From: an uncultured bacterium
GTDB taxonomy: Bacteria > Oederibacteriota > Oederibacteriia > Oederibacteriales > Oederibacteriaceae
Assembly: GCA_965112635.1 (NCBI GenBank)
Contig: OZ218778.1
Location: 1,856,001 to 1,920,000, forward strand
DNA: 64,000 nucleotides
Direction of reading: 5' to 3'
In this document: positions 19,182-28,885 of the stretch, piece after piece
Layout: each line of letters begins with the position of its first letter
Numbering within the stretch: position 1 is the stretch's first letter
The notes under the pieces: generated by a model
The model's database searches: none
The model's input: the letters and a program-made list of their open reading frames with translations, nothing else
Told to the model about the DNA's origin: nothing
Position numbers and translations under genes: made by a program

Positions 19182-22133
19182 ATGATCAGGAAGATCGGTT
19201 CCATATTCGTTATCCTTGCCGCCATGGCGGCTGTTTTGAAAATGAGCGCCAGGGCGGAGGTGTTGACGCTTCCCATTACCCAGGACACTTCCATTTCCTG
19301 CTCCGATGGGGAGCTGGATTTTAACCAGGGCAAATGCCCCAGGATCAAGATGAAAGGCATCGAGAACCTGCTGCTCCTGGGCATCGACCCGGCCTCCCTG
19401 AAGAACAAAGTCATCACCAAGGCCATCCTTCATATCCAGGGCACGGACAAGAATATGATGGTCCGTAAAGTGGGTTTTTCCACGGTGGCCTATATCGGCT
19501 GGCCGGAGGGAAATTCGGAGCATGACAACAAGGGCACGGCAGGGGATTCTTGTTTCCTGACCCCGGAGCTGGGCTCCGGCAAAACCTGGGCCGGCCCGGG
19601 CTCCAACTTTTTGGACGTGGTCTGGGGCCATGGCGGCACCTTTTGGACAGAGAGCTTTGTGCAGCCCGATGACCAGCAGTGGTACTTGATGGAGTTTGAC
19701 GGCCGCATTGTGGAGGCTTACGCGGCCGGTCTGTCAGGCGGTATCCTGGTCACCGACGACAACGGTGAGACCAAAGGCATAAGCAAAGATGCCGTTCCGG
19801 ACACCAACTATTCCAATAATTTATTCTTTGCCCATGAGCAAAACGCTTCGGCGCCGTTCCTTGTCGTGCATACCCAGGCGGCATCCAGGAGCGGGGCCAA
19901 GAGCCTCAAAGTGAGCGTCAAGCCGTGGAATTCAGGGGCTGATTTTGACAACGGCGGGCTGGAGCTATCCTGGCCCGGCCCCAGGGACCAAAAAGAATAC
20001 AAGAGCATCCTTGGATACAGGATCAAGATCACCAAGGGGGGCAAGACAGAGGACGTGCCTTTGTGGGCTCATCCGCCGCTGGCCAGACCAGGCGAAAGAG
20101 CCAGGGCTCTTTTGAAATATCCCGAAGCAGGCGCCAGGGTGACGGCCCGCGTCGAGGTAGTGGGCCGGGGCGGGGTCGTGGCGGCCTCGGGCGGAGCTAG
20201 CGGCGTCATATCCAAGAAGCTCAAAAATCCTAAGGCCCTTTCCTTTCCAGAGATCAAGAACGCTCCGGGAGAGCCTCTGTCCAACGACTTGGCCAAGATT
20301 TGGGTGATCCCCGACTGTACCAAGGCTAATCCCATTACCGGCAATGTGCAGGAGGAAGCTGGCGTTTCCTATGACGGCGACCCCTCCGGCAGTTACCGCA
20401 ACGCCAATATGACCTGGAGCGGCAAAAACCACACGGTGACCTTGTCCGCCATCCGGGGCGAATGGGTCGGGTTCCAGGTCGTGTGCGAGAATGTCAGCAC
20501 CACCAGCGTGACCTATAAGATCCAGCCGGGACCTCTCAAAGGTCCGGGGAGTTCCCTGATACCCGCCAAGGCCATTGAGCTTTCCAAGTTGTGGTATGTC
20601 AAGGTCGGCGACAAGGACAGGGACTGGTACGCGGACCCCATGCTGCCGCTCAAGGCCGGAGACTCTTTCTCGGTACCCGACGAAAAGAACGCCGTGCCCC
20701 AGCAAAGCAACCAGACCGTTTATGTCGAGTTTTTCGTGCCCTTAAAAGCAAAGCCCGGCAAATACGCGGGAAGCCTGGCCGTCAAAACAGGGGACCAGGG
20801 TACCTTGGCCCTCAAGGTCAATCTCCAGGTCGCGGCGCCGGTGATGCCCAAAGAAGCGCACTTTGTTTTCTCCATGAACGCTTACAACTCACCGGGCGGG
20901 CCTTACGGAGACGCCTGTTTCAGTGATTTTAACAACGCCGAACGGACCTTCTATGTCATGGCCCATACCCATCGTACGGACCTTGTCGTGGTCCATTACA
21001 AACACAACGGCGGCCTCGATGATGTGAACTGCATCGCTCCTCCTTTGACGGGCCAGGGCAAGAATTTGAGGGTCAAGGATTGGGCGTTGTGGGACAAGAG
21101 GTTCGGACCGCTTTTTGACGCGTCCGCTTTTAAAGGGACCCCGCGGGAAGGCGTGCCGTTATCCCACTTTTTCCTGGTGTTCTCCGAGAACTATCCCACG
21201 ACCATGGCCGACGGTTATAAGTGGAACAGCTCCACCTGGGAAGACCACTGGAAGGTGGCCGGCCAGCCCGAGGACGGGTTCAGCCAGGTTTACAAGGACC
21301 AGTGGGTGGCCTTGGCCAAGGATTACATCAAGCATTTCAAACAAAAACACTGGAAGACCAATTTCCTGCTGATGCCCAATGACAAGTGCGATTACAAACA
21401 ATATAACTCGGGCACCAAAAAAGACGGCAGCGGGGTCAGTTTCTGGAGGATGGATGAGCCGATGTTCGTCAGCGATTTTGAGGCCCTGGGAGTGCTGGGC
21501 AACCTGCTGCGGCAGGCCCAAAAAGGCGACCGCAGCAGCTTCAGCTTCCGGGCCGATATTTCCTACCCGCAGTGGGGCAGGGATGTCCTGGACAGGGTCC
21601 TGGACCTTAACTGTTCCGGCAATTTCACCGGATACAGGAGGTTCCTCCTGGACTGGAGAGAAAGGTACGGCGAAAGGATATGGACCTACGGCGGAACCCC
21701 TGCCTGCACGGACAGCCCGTTCGGGCTATGCGCTCACGCGTTGGATCTGTATTCCAGCGGAGCGGATGGTTTTGCGCCGTGGCTGGTGCTGGGCAACGAG
21801 GGCAACTGGACCAAGTTCGAAGATACCAGCGTGATCTACACCGGCAAGCCCATGGGCATCATGGGAGCCTGCGCGTCGCTGAGGCTCAAAGCCTACCGCC
21901 GTGCGGAGCAGGATGTTGAGTATGTTTGGCTTTACGCGGCCAAGAAGGGATTGCTCAAGAACGACCCGAACCGGCTGCAAGTTGCCAAGGCGCTGGAAGG
22001 GGCCATCAAGACCACCAAGCAGACCGGGAAACTTGATGCCAACGGCGGGGCGGAAGTGCAGACCTACATGAGCACCAACCCCGATGATTTTGAAAAGCTC
22101 AGGCTGGCCCTGGTCAAGGCGATGAAAAAGTAA
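19182..22133 (+). CDS. Large exported protein with DUF4091/GH123-like C-terminal part and N-terminal beta-rich domains
   Basis: SD GGAGG then ATG 19182 and signal peptide; LSAIRGEWVGFQV, VYVEFFVP..AKPGKYAG, DEP and SLRLKAYRRAEQDVEY motifs. Confidence 0.6.
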   Translation: MIRKIGSIFVILAAMAAVLKMSARAEVLTLPITQDTSISCSDGELDFNQGKCPRIKMKGIENLLLLGIDPASLKNKVITKAILHIQGTDKNMMVRKVGFSTVAYIGWPEGNSEHDNKGTAGDSCFLTPELGSGKTWAGPGSNFLDVVWGHGGTFWTESFVQPDDQQWYLMEFDGRIVEAYAAGLSGGILVTDDNGETKGISKDAVPDTNYSNNLFFAHEQNASAPFLVVHTQAASRSGAKSLKVSVKPWNSGADFDNGGLELSWPGPRDQKEYKSILGYRIKITKGGKTEDVPLWAHPPLARPGERARALLKYPEAGARVTARVEVVGRGGVVAASGGASGVISKKLKNPKALSFPEIKNAPGEPLSNDLAKIWVIPDCTKANPITGNVQEEAGVSYDGDPSGSYRNANMTWSGKNHTVTLSAIRGEWVGFQVVCENVSTTSVTYKIQPGPLKGPGSSLIPAKAIELSKLWYVKVGDKDRDWYADPMLPLKAGDSFSVPDEKNAVPQQSNQTVYVEFFVPLKAKPGKYAGSLAVKTGDQGTLALKVNLQVAAPVMPKEAHFVFSMNAYNSPGGPYGDACFSDFNNAERTFYVMAHTHRTDLVVVHYKHNGGLDDVNCIAPPLTGQGKNLRVKDWALWDKRFGPLFDASAFKGTPREGVPLSHFFLVFSENYPTTMADGYKWNSSTWEDHWKVAGQPEDGFSQVYKDQWVALAKDYIKHFKQKHWKTNFLLMPNDKCDYKQYNSGTKKDGSGVSFWRMDEPMFVSDFEALGVLGNLLRQAQKGDRSSFSFRADISYPQWGRDVLDRVLDLNCSGNFTGYRRFLLDWRERYGERIWTYGGTPACTDSPFGLCAHALDLYSSGADGFAPWLVLGNEGNWTKFEDTSVIYTGKPMGIMGACASLRLKAYRRAEQDVEYVWLYAAKKGLLKNDPNRLQVAKALEGAIKTTKQTGKLDANGGAEVQTYMSTNPDDFEKLRLALVKAMKK

Positions 22134-22159
22134 GGCTTTACGATAGCTTGTTTTCAATC

Positions 22160-22201
22160 AGCCTATCCCTTGCGTAAAAGCAGGGGATAGGCTTTTTTTT
22201 T
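22160..22201 (+). terminator. Intrinsic terminator
   Basis: AGCCTATCCCTTGC-loop-GCAGGGGATAGGCT followed by a T run. Confidence 0.9.
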
Positions 22202-22314
22202 GGAATTTAGACTGTTTCTAAGCATGTCGTCCGCCTGTAACTAACCGGAGATGATGGTAAACTTGACACAGCCGCTTCGTCGGGCATCCAAAATACATTT
22301 TTTGGGGCGTTGAA

Positions 22315-24981
22315 ATGGGCAGACGACTCGTTTTACTTATCATCCTATTTTGGTCTGTTTCGGCCTGGAAAGCTGAGGCGGCAGTGTACTGGTATATGGA
22401 GGCGCCCGGCTGGGTCGAACCCACCGGCAATCCCGATTGGACGAACCTGTCGTACTTTAATGTCTACAACGAGCTGACCACCACGGCCACAGGCCCAATC
22501 CTCGTGACCTATACCCTGGCGAATGGTCTCACTTTTAAGCCCGTCTCTTTCGGATTACAGCCGTCCAGCGTCAACTATGACGCCGGCACCGGGGTGACCA
22601 CCGTGACCTATAATTTGGGCAGTATGGCCGGACAGACCAATAACTATGGTTATTGCGGCTTTGCTATCAATTACACCACGGTCAACCCCACGACCCTGAT
22701 CCAGGAAAACCAGCAATTCACTGTGACAGCGACCCTGAGCGGGGCCAGCAGCGTCAGTGCCAACCCCCAGAGCTTCCAGGCGCCCGCTTTATTCGAGACC
22801 GTCGGCAAGAACATTGATCCCGACCCGATCGAGGCGGTGCCGAGCACGGCCACGGCCAACCTCTATTTGGAAACTTCGCAATATTATAACTGCTCCAACC
22901 TCGTGGTCTGGGATACGCTTCCCAACGGCACCTCCTACATCCCCGGCACCAGTTATCTGGATAACGAGACCAGCGATGAACCCGGGTCCGGGACCCAGCT
23001 CTGCCGTCCTGACGGGACTTCGCTGCTGGTGTGGTCTGTTCCAGCTGACCCTTGGACCCTGGCCGGGTCAGACCCCGTCCTGAGCTACGGGTTCACCATC
23101 AACTCGAATTACAGCGTTACGGGCTGCGACAGCGCCGGAGCGCCGGTCTATTGCACCGACATGCTGCCCAATCTCGTGGGTGACAGCTTTAATTACGCCA
23201 GCATCAGCGGCCAGTCCCCGGCCAACGCGGGATCCGCCCTGCAAACCGGTGTGTTTGCGGACATCGATATCGACGACCCCTCCATCACCAAGACCATCGG
23301 GAGCATTACCGACAGCCAGGGTAACCCTGTTTCGGGTAGTTATGTCACGCCCGGCGATATCGTGACCTACAGCATCACGGTAGTTTCTCCGACGGCACCT
23401 ACCCATGACCTCAAGGTCAGGGATTTCCTGCCATCATCCATGGCTTTTTTGGGTTCCCTTACCAATTACACCACGACCGGAGGCGTGCCCGCGCCGACCC
23501 AGAGTTTTGTCAATTCCAATTTGTGCTACTGGACCTGGTCCGCGGATTTTCCCAAGGGCGGGTCCTGGAACGTCACCTTCCAGACCCAAGTGCTGGATAA
23601 TACCTATTTGCCCGACCCCGGGGCCTCGACCCTGACCAACATGGGCGATTTTTGGGACACTAATACCTCGGGGACCACCTCGGGGTTGGGACAGTACGAT
23701 GCCCCGGATTTGACCTACCAGAACAATGTGGTTACGACCAAGAGCGCCAGCAAAAGCACGGGTACTGGCGGCGATATCATTAACTATACGATCGCGGTCA
23801 CCAATAACGGCGGCAGGGCCATTAACAATGTTGAGGTCTTTGACACCATCCCGGCCGGCATGACCTATGTCAGCAGCACGCCCACGGCCAGTTCCGAGGC
23901 CGTCAACGGGGACTCCAGCACCACGGTCAAATGGAACAACCTGGGGATTCTGAACCCCGGCAGTTTCCTGACCCTCTATGTGTCCGCCTCGGTCAATCCG
24001 GGCGACCCGGGAGGGGAGACACTGACCAATTTTGTCGCCCCTGTTTTTTACTCCTCCCAGCTGACCCCTGGAGCGCCCGGGAGGAACTATTACAACGGCG
24101 TTACGGCTTTGGCCAGCGTGCAGGTGGCCACCTGGACCATGACCCCGACCCAGACCAGGACAGCGACCGCCACCAGCACGCAGACCTATACCGCCAGCGC
24201 GACCGCCACCCCCACCAGCACCGCGACCCAGACCTCGACGGCGACGCAGACCCTGACCAGGACCTATTCGCTTACCGGGACGCAGACTTTCACTCTCACG
24301 CAGACCCTGACCCCGTCCCTGACGCTGACCAGCAGTTACACGGCCACCGCCACCAGCACGGCCACGCAGACATCCACTTCGACCTTGACGCTGACCCCAT
24401 CCGAAACTTTTACCCCCAGCGAGACGGCCACTTACAGCCAAACCTCCACGCAGTCCTATACGGTCACCCTGACCCTGACCCCTTCCAAGACTTTTACCCC
24501 CAGCGAGACGGCCACGATCACTTTGACCTGGACCATCACCTGCACTTCGACCAATTCCTATACCAGCACGCAAACCCTGACCCCTTGCCAGACCCTGACG
24601 CCATCCCAGACCCTGACGCCATCCCTGACCCAGACCCATACCCCAACCTTGACGCCGTCCCACACCGCGACAGCCACGCCTACCTTTATCACCACACCTC
24701 CCGCAGTCGGGACATCCTTTATTTATCCCTCACCGGCTACCGGGGACACGGCGGCCATTGCTTTTTTCATGTCCGTGCCAGGGAACTTCAAGATACGGGT
24801 GTATAACGAGGCAGCCGAACTGGTGGAGACCGTAGAGGGGAATATGCAGGCAGGGCCGCAGTTGAGCATGATCCATACTAGGGACTATGTTTCAGGAGTT
24901 TACTTGTATATTATCAAGTTGGATTACGGGTCGCAGGGTTCCATCAAAATCGGTCCCAAGAAGTTCATTGTGTTGCATTAG
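22315..24981 (+). CDS. Secreted surface protein: DUF11-like repeats, Thr-rich stalk, T9SS-CTD/FlgD-Ig-like C-terminal domain
   Basis: Signal peptide; GDIVTYSITV, GDIINYTIAVTN..VFDTIPAGMTYVS; about 190 aa T-x repeat; IYPSP..IRVYNEAAELVE..SGVYLY..KKFIVLH. Confidence 0.8.
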   Translation: MGRRLVLLIILFWSVSAWKAEAAVYWYMEAPGWVEPTGNPDWTNLSYFNVYNELTTTATGPILVTYTLANGLTFKPVSFGLQPSSVNYDAGTGVTTVTYNLGSMAGQTNNYGYCGFAINYTTVNPTTLIQENQQFTVTATLSGASSVSANPQSFQAPALFETVGKNIDPDPIEAVPSTATANLYLETSQYYNCSNLVVWDTLPNGTSYIPGTSYLDNETSDEPGSGTQLCRPDGTSLLVWSVPADPWTLAGSDPVLSYGFTINSNYSVTGCDSAGAPVYCTDMLPNLVGDSFNYASISGQSPANAGSALQTGVFADIDIDDPSITKTIGSITDSQGNPVSGSYVTPGDIVTYSITVVSPTAPTHDLKVRDFLPSSMAFLGSLTNYTTTGGVPAPTQSFVNSNLCYWTWSADFPKGGSWNVTFQTQVLDNTYLPDPGASTLTNMGDFWDTNTSGTTSGLGQYDAPDLTYQNNVVTTKSASKSTGTGGDIINYTIAVTNNGGRAINNVEVFDTIPAGMTYVSSTPTASSEAVNGDSSTTVKWNNLGILNPGSFLTLYVSASVNPGDPGGETLTNFVAPVFYSSQLTPGAPGRNYYNGVTALASVQVATWTMTPTQTRTATATSTQTYTASATATPTSTATQTSTATQTLTRTYSLTGTQTFTLTQTLTPSLTLTSSYTATATSTATQTSTSTLTLTPSETFTPSETATYSQTSTQSYTVTLTLTPSKTFTPSETATITLTWTITCTSTNSYTSTQTLTPCQTLTPSQTLTPSLTQTHTPTLTPSHTATATPTFITTPPAVGTSFIYPSPATGDTAAIAFFMSVPGNFKIRVYNEAAELVETVEGNMQAGPQLSMIHTRDYVSGVYLYIIKLDYGSQGSIKIGPKKFIVLH

Positions 24982-25069
24982 CAAAAAAGGGGTCGGGTTG
25001 GATTTGCAAAAAGGAATAGACTCTAGGCAAATATCGAGGAGCATCACGCCTTTTCAGTGGCATTAGAGT

Positions 25070-26146
25070 CTAGTCCTTCAACCATTCTTCAAGATGTTTT
25101 TGGACAAAGGCGTCGTCGTTCAGGTGGGGGTAGGCCTTGTAGATGCGGTCGATTTCCCTGGCCTGGCCTGGGGAAAGGGTCAGGTGCGGGTCAAGGCACC
25201 AGATGCCTTTGAGGAGTCCCTGGCGGTGGAGGACTTCATGGAGGCCGGGAACGCAGCCTTTAAAATCGTGAGCTGAGTCAAAAAAAGCCGCATTGCAATC
25301 AGTGACCTGAGGACCCAGTCGGACCAGCCAGCCAGGAATTGGCCTGTTTTTTTCCGTGACAGCGTGGATCTTGGCCAGCAATTCCACAGCGCAGCGAGTC
25401 CACACCGCCCAGTGCCCCAGCAGTCCTCCCTTGATACGCAGGGCGACCGTCTTTTTTCCCAGTTTGAATGTGTAAGGTGTAAGCAGGTCGCTGACGATAT
25501 TATCGTCATTGCCCGTATAGAGAGTGATATCTTGAGCCCGGCTGCTGGCAGCCACGGCCCGGAGCACTTCCAAAGTCTGATAACGGTTAAAGGGCGAGAT
25601 TTTGATGCCTAGCACATTGTCAATCTCGGCGAACTCACGCCAAAATCCATAAGGGAGCGGGCGGCCTCCTACGGCCGGCTGAAGATAAAAACCAAGGATA
25701 GGAATGACCTTGGCCACACGACGGCAGTGAGCCAACAGCTCTTGGACCGAAGCCTGGGACAAGGCGGCCAGGCTCAGCAGGCCGGCGTGGTATCCGCAGG
25801 ACAGGGCCAGGCTGGCTTCTTTTATGGCCTGGTCAGTTTTACCGCAAAGGCCGGCAATTTTAAGCATGGACCTTTTATTTTTTACAGCGGCCTCATCCAA
25901 AGTTTCCGAGGCCAGTTGCAGTATAGGCAGGAAAAGATTGTATTTGGGCTGGCGGATCTCAAACTGGGTGGTATGGACACCCACGGCCAAACCTCCTGCT
26001 CCGGACGCGTGATAATACCGGATCAAAGCTTTTTGTCTGATTGGGTCCAGGCGGCGCCGGCTATCCAGGGCCAGGGGCATGGCCGGTATGACCATGCCGC
26101 GCTGGAAATCAGCAAAAAGATTTTGCGGGACATCGTTGATTTTCAT
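25070..26146 (-). CDS. Dihydrodipicolinate synthase (class I aldolase) family protein
   Basis: VIPAMPL, GVHTTQF, FYLQP (Tyr), GIKISP (Schiff-base Lys), TGND. Confidence 0.85.
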   Translation of the reverse strand: MKINDVPQNLFADFQRGMVIPAMPLALDSRRRLDPIRQKALIRYYHASGAGGLAVGVHTTQFEIRQPKYNLFLPILQLASETLDEAAVKNKRSMLKIAGLCGKTDQAIKEASLALSCGYHAGLLSLAALSQASVQELLAHCRRVAKVIPILGFYLQPAVGGRPLPYGFWREFAEIDNVLGIKISPFNRYQTLEVLRAVAASSRAQDITLYTGNDDNIVSDLLTPYTFKLGKKTVALRIKGGLLGHWAVWTRCAVELLAKIHAVTEKNRPIPGWLVRLGPQVTDCNAAFFDSAHDFKGCVPGLHEVLHRQGLLKGIWCLDPHLTLSPGQAREIDRIYKAYPHLNDDAFVQKHLEEWLKD

Positions 26147-26147
26147 C

Positions 26148-27209
26148 TCAGTATTTTCCTGTCCGGACCTCAAAGTGCGTTGGTTTATTGAATTCCAGCC
26201 CCTTGTTTTTTACCCAATGCCCCACCCAGGCCACCATCTGGTCAACACTGACCCGGGGCTTTCCAAAAAGTTCCACGGCTTTGGAGGCGTTGGACAAGAG
26301 TGCCGTGTCGGATGCAACGCCCTCGAAAACCGGGTCGACGCCGAATATTTTACCGAATTGGCCGGCAATTGCCCTGATGGAAACAGTTTCCAAGCCCGTT
26401 ACATTGATGACCAGGGGAGGCGTCTGACAGAGGGGAAGGCTTCGCAGGACCATTTCCTGGGCGTCTCCCTGCCAGATGATATTGGCATAGCCGGTATTGA
26501 GGGGAACTGCCTGACCCGTGAACACTTTTTTGGCCACATCCAAAAGCACCCCATAGCGCAGGTCAATGGCATAGTTGAGCCGGATGAGACAGGTCTTGGT
26601 CTTGTTCTCGCGGCTGAAATATTCAAAGATACGTTCCCTGGCCAGGCCGGACTGGGCATATTCTCCCACAGGGCCCGGAGTATCGGTTTCTTGGCAGCCG
26701 CCCATTTTAACAGGCGCGAGAGGATAGACATTGCCCGTTGAAAGCGCCACGATCCTGGAGCGTTTAAAACGGTTGGCGATGAAGGTAGGCGCCAGGGCAT
26801 TGGTAGCCCAGGTCAGGTATTCGGCGCCGGTGGAGCCGAATTTGCGGCCTACCAGGAAAATAACATTGGCAGCGTCCGGCAAGTTCTTTATCTGGTCCTC
26901 GTTCAAAACGTCGGCGTTGAGGGTCCGGATATTATTTTTTTCCAGTTTTTCCTGGACACCAGGCTCGGAAAAACGGGAAACGCCGTACACATTACTTTTG
27001 AGGCCGCCAGCATCCAAGGCCCGGCGTAGCATCAAGGCCAGGGTGGGACCCATTTTCCCGGCAACGCCCAGGATGAGGAAATCCCCGGATAAGCGTTCCA
27101 TGTCCCGTATAAGTTCAGGAGAAGGACGGGACATTACTTCTTCGAGTTCTTGTTCAGTAGATATGAATTTGGGGAGCTTCAGGTTTTTCGCTGCCATTTT
27201 CGGTCTCAT
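26148..27209 (-). CDS. NAD-dependent epimerase/dehydratase family protein
   Basis: ILGVAGKMG Rossmann motif, STGNVY, GEYAQS, RLNYA; ATGA-coupled to the Rid gene. Confidence 0.85.
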   Translation of the reverse strand: MRPKMAAKNLKLPKFISTEQELEEVMSRPSPELIRDMERLSGDFLILGVAGKMGPTLALMLRRALDAGGLKSNVYGVSRFSEPGVQEKLEKNNIRTLNADVLNEDQIKNLPDAANVIFLVGRKFGSTGAEYLTWATNALAPTFIANRFKRSRIVALSTGNVYPLAPVKMGGCQETDTPGPVGEYAQSGLARERIFEYFSRENKTKTCLIRLNYAIDLRYGVLLDVAKKVFTGQAVPLNTGYANIIWQGDAQEMVLRSLPLCQTPPLVINVTGLETVSIRAIAGQFGKIFGVDPVFEGVASDTALLSNASKAVELFGKPRVSVDQMVAWVGHWVKNKGLEFNKPTHFEVRTGKY

Positions 27210-27589
27210 TGTCCAGGGACCAGAGCCACACAATCGATCTCCAGGCTGAAAGTTCCCATGCCTGCCTGGACAGTGGTCCGGCTGGGGTAAGGTTCATGGA
27301 CGAAATTTTTATATACCTCGTTGAATTCAGAGAGGTTTTTAAAATCCGAAAGATATACATTTACCTTAACCACATTCTCCCAGGAAGTTTTGCTGGCCTC
27401 TAATAAAGAGCCCACATTGATCAAGGCTTGTTCTGCTTGGTCCTTGAAGGTCCCCTGTTTGGGTTCTCCAGTTACAGGGTCAACCGGAAGCTGGCCGGAA
27501 ACAAAAACGAGCGGTCCATCGACTTTCATGGCGGGTGAATAGGGGCCCTTGGGTTTGGCGCCCTTGTTTGAAAAGACGGCCTCACGCAT
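27206..27589 (-). CDS. RidA/YjgF family imine deaminase
   Basis: GPYSPA, VFVSGQLP, VVKVNVYL, PYPSRTTV, LEID. Confidence 0.92.
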   Translation of the reverse strand: MREAVFSNKGAKPKGPYSPAMKVDGPLVFVSGQLPVDPVTGEPKQGTFKDQAEQALINVGSLLEASKTSWENVVKVNVYLSDFKNLSEFNEVYKNFVHEPYPSRTTVQAGMGTFSLEIDCVALVPGQ

Positions 27590-27609
27590 GCTTTTTCCCT
27601 TTCCGTAAC

Positions 27610-27638
27610 TTGATAATCGATCCCTAACTCTCTATACT
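27610..27638 (+). promoter_or_regulatory. Sigma70-type promoter for the cargo-PorV operon
   Basis: TTGATA-17 bp-TATACT. Confidence 0.6.
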
Positions 27639-27718
27639 TTAACAGAAAACTATTGTAATCTCATTTGCAGGCACGAACAATACCTGAAGAAAAACCATTG
27701 GTAAAAAAGAAGAAAACC

Positions 27719-28885
27719 ATGTTCCCAGGGAAACGACGAATCATCGCCTTGTTGGTGGTCTTTGGGGCCGTTGCGGGTTGGTCGGCAGTCCATGCTCAGA
27801 CGAATACTGCGACCAATACGGATACTGACACTGAGACGGCTACTGCAACCGCAACTCCCTCCGCTTCCGCGACAACCACCATGACTCTTACAGTCACCCC
27901 AACTCCCACGGCTTATTTATCCCTTATGAAGGTTGTGACGCCCAGCGGGGTTATCCTTCTTCCCGCGACTACCCAGACCCCAGTCACTTTTACCATCAGC
28001 TATTCCAATACGGGAGGCGAAGTTCTGACCAATGTGATGATTTGGGATACGCTTAATACCGGTTTGTGCTACCTGACCACCACGGCAGGGGCAGCCCTGA
28101 CCGCCGACAGCGTCATTTCTTGCACTTCAGGTTCTTTCCTGGTCTGGAACGCGCCATCTCCTCTAGTTCCCGGGAGCAGCGGCAATATTGTTTTTTCAGC
28201 CCTAATTAATAATGTGCCCTATTACACCAATATAACTAATTTTGCGCTGGCCGGAGCCGACCAGCTAGCCAGCCCCGTGACCTCCACGACCACCAGTTCA
28301 ATAATTATTTATACCCTTCCTCAGGCGGGGAGCGCTCCTCCTACCTTTGTGTTGAATAATTTGTCCCTGCAGTTATCTTGGACCCCCGGCATAGCTGGAA
28401 GTTATCCTATAGCGGGATATCCTGTTTGGCGCAGCGCTGACGGTGGCTTTTCCTACTCGCAAATCACTTTGACCGGAAGCAGCATTACCAGTTGCACCGA
28501 CCAACTTCCCGCAGTCCAAACGTTTATTTACCTCGTGAAGGTGATGGATACCCTGGGCAATGAAGTCGCTTATCCGCCTCTTGTCCTTAAACCTTTGCCG
28601 GTCAGCATGGCACTGGACCACAACAGTTTTAATCCAGCCAAGGGCGGAACCTTGAACGTCAAATATCACCTCAGACAGCTCGGCAGTGTGTCCATCTACA
28701 TCTATAACCTCAGGGGAAATCTGGTCAGGAAATTGGTGGATGACACGGAGACTTTCGGGGAACATGTGGCCCAGTGGGACGGAAAGAACGGACAAGGAGA
28801 TACAGTCAGCAGCGGGGTTTATTTGTTCCATTTAGAAGCCGCGGGAGGGGATGCCGTGAACCAGAGAGTGGCGGTCATCAAGTGA
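27719..28885 (+). CDS. Secreted protein: short Thr-rich segment, DUF11-like, FN3-like and FlgD-Ig/CTD-like domains
   Basis: Signal AVHA; VTFTISYSNTGG..VMIWDTL; LSWTP..IAGYPVWRS; NSFNP..IYIYNLRGNLVRKL..WDGKN..SGVYLF..RVAVIK. Confidence 0.8.
   Translation: MFPGKRRIIALLVVFGAVAGWSAVHAQTNTATNTDTDTETATATATPSASATTTMTLTVTPTPTAYLSLMKVVTPSGVILLPATTQTPVTFTISYSNTGGEVLTNVMIWDTLNTGLCYLTTTAGAALTADSVISCTSGSFLVWNAPSPLVPGSSGNIVFSALINNVPYYTNITNFALAGADQLASPVTSTTTSSIIIYTLPQAGSAPPTFVLNNLSLQLSWTPGIAGSYPIAGYPVWRSADGGFSYSQITLTGSSITSCTDQLPAVQTFIYLVKVMDTLGNEVAYPPLVLKPLPVSMALDHNSFNPAKGGTLNVKYHLRQLGSVSIYIYNLRGNLVRKLVDDTETFGEHVAQWDGKNGQGDTVSSGVYLFHLEAAGGDAVNQRVAVIK

Noticed and set aside
23434-24806. Long alternative-frame ORFs (409 aa minus, 291 aa plus)
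   Set aside because: Shadows of the ACN-rich Thr stalk, which lacks stops in other frames; no SD or protein-like composition.
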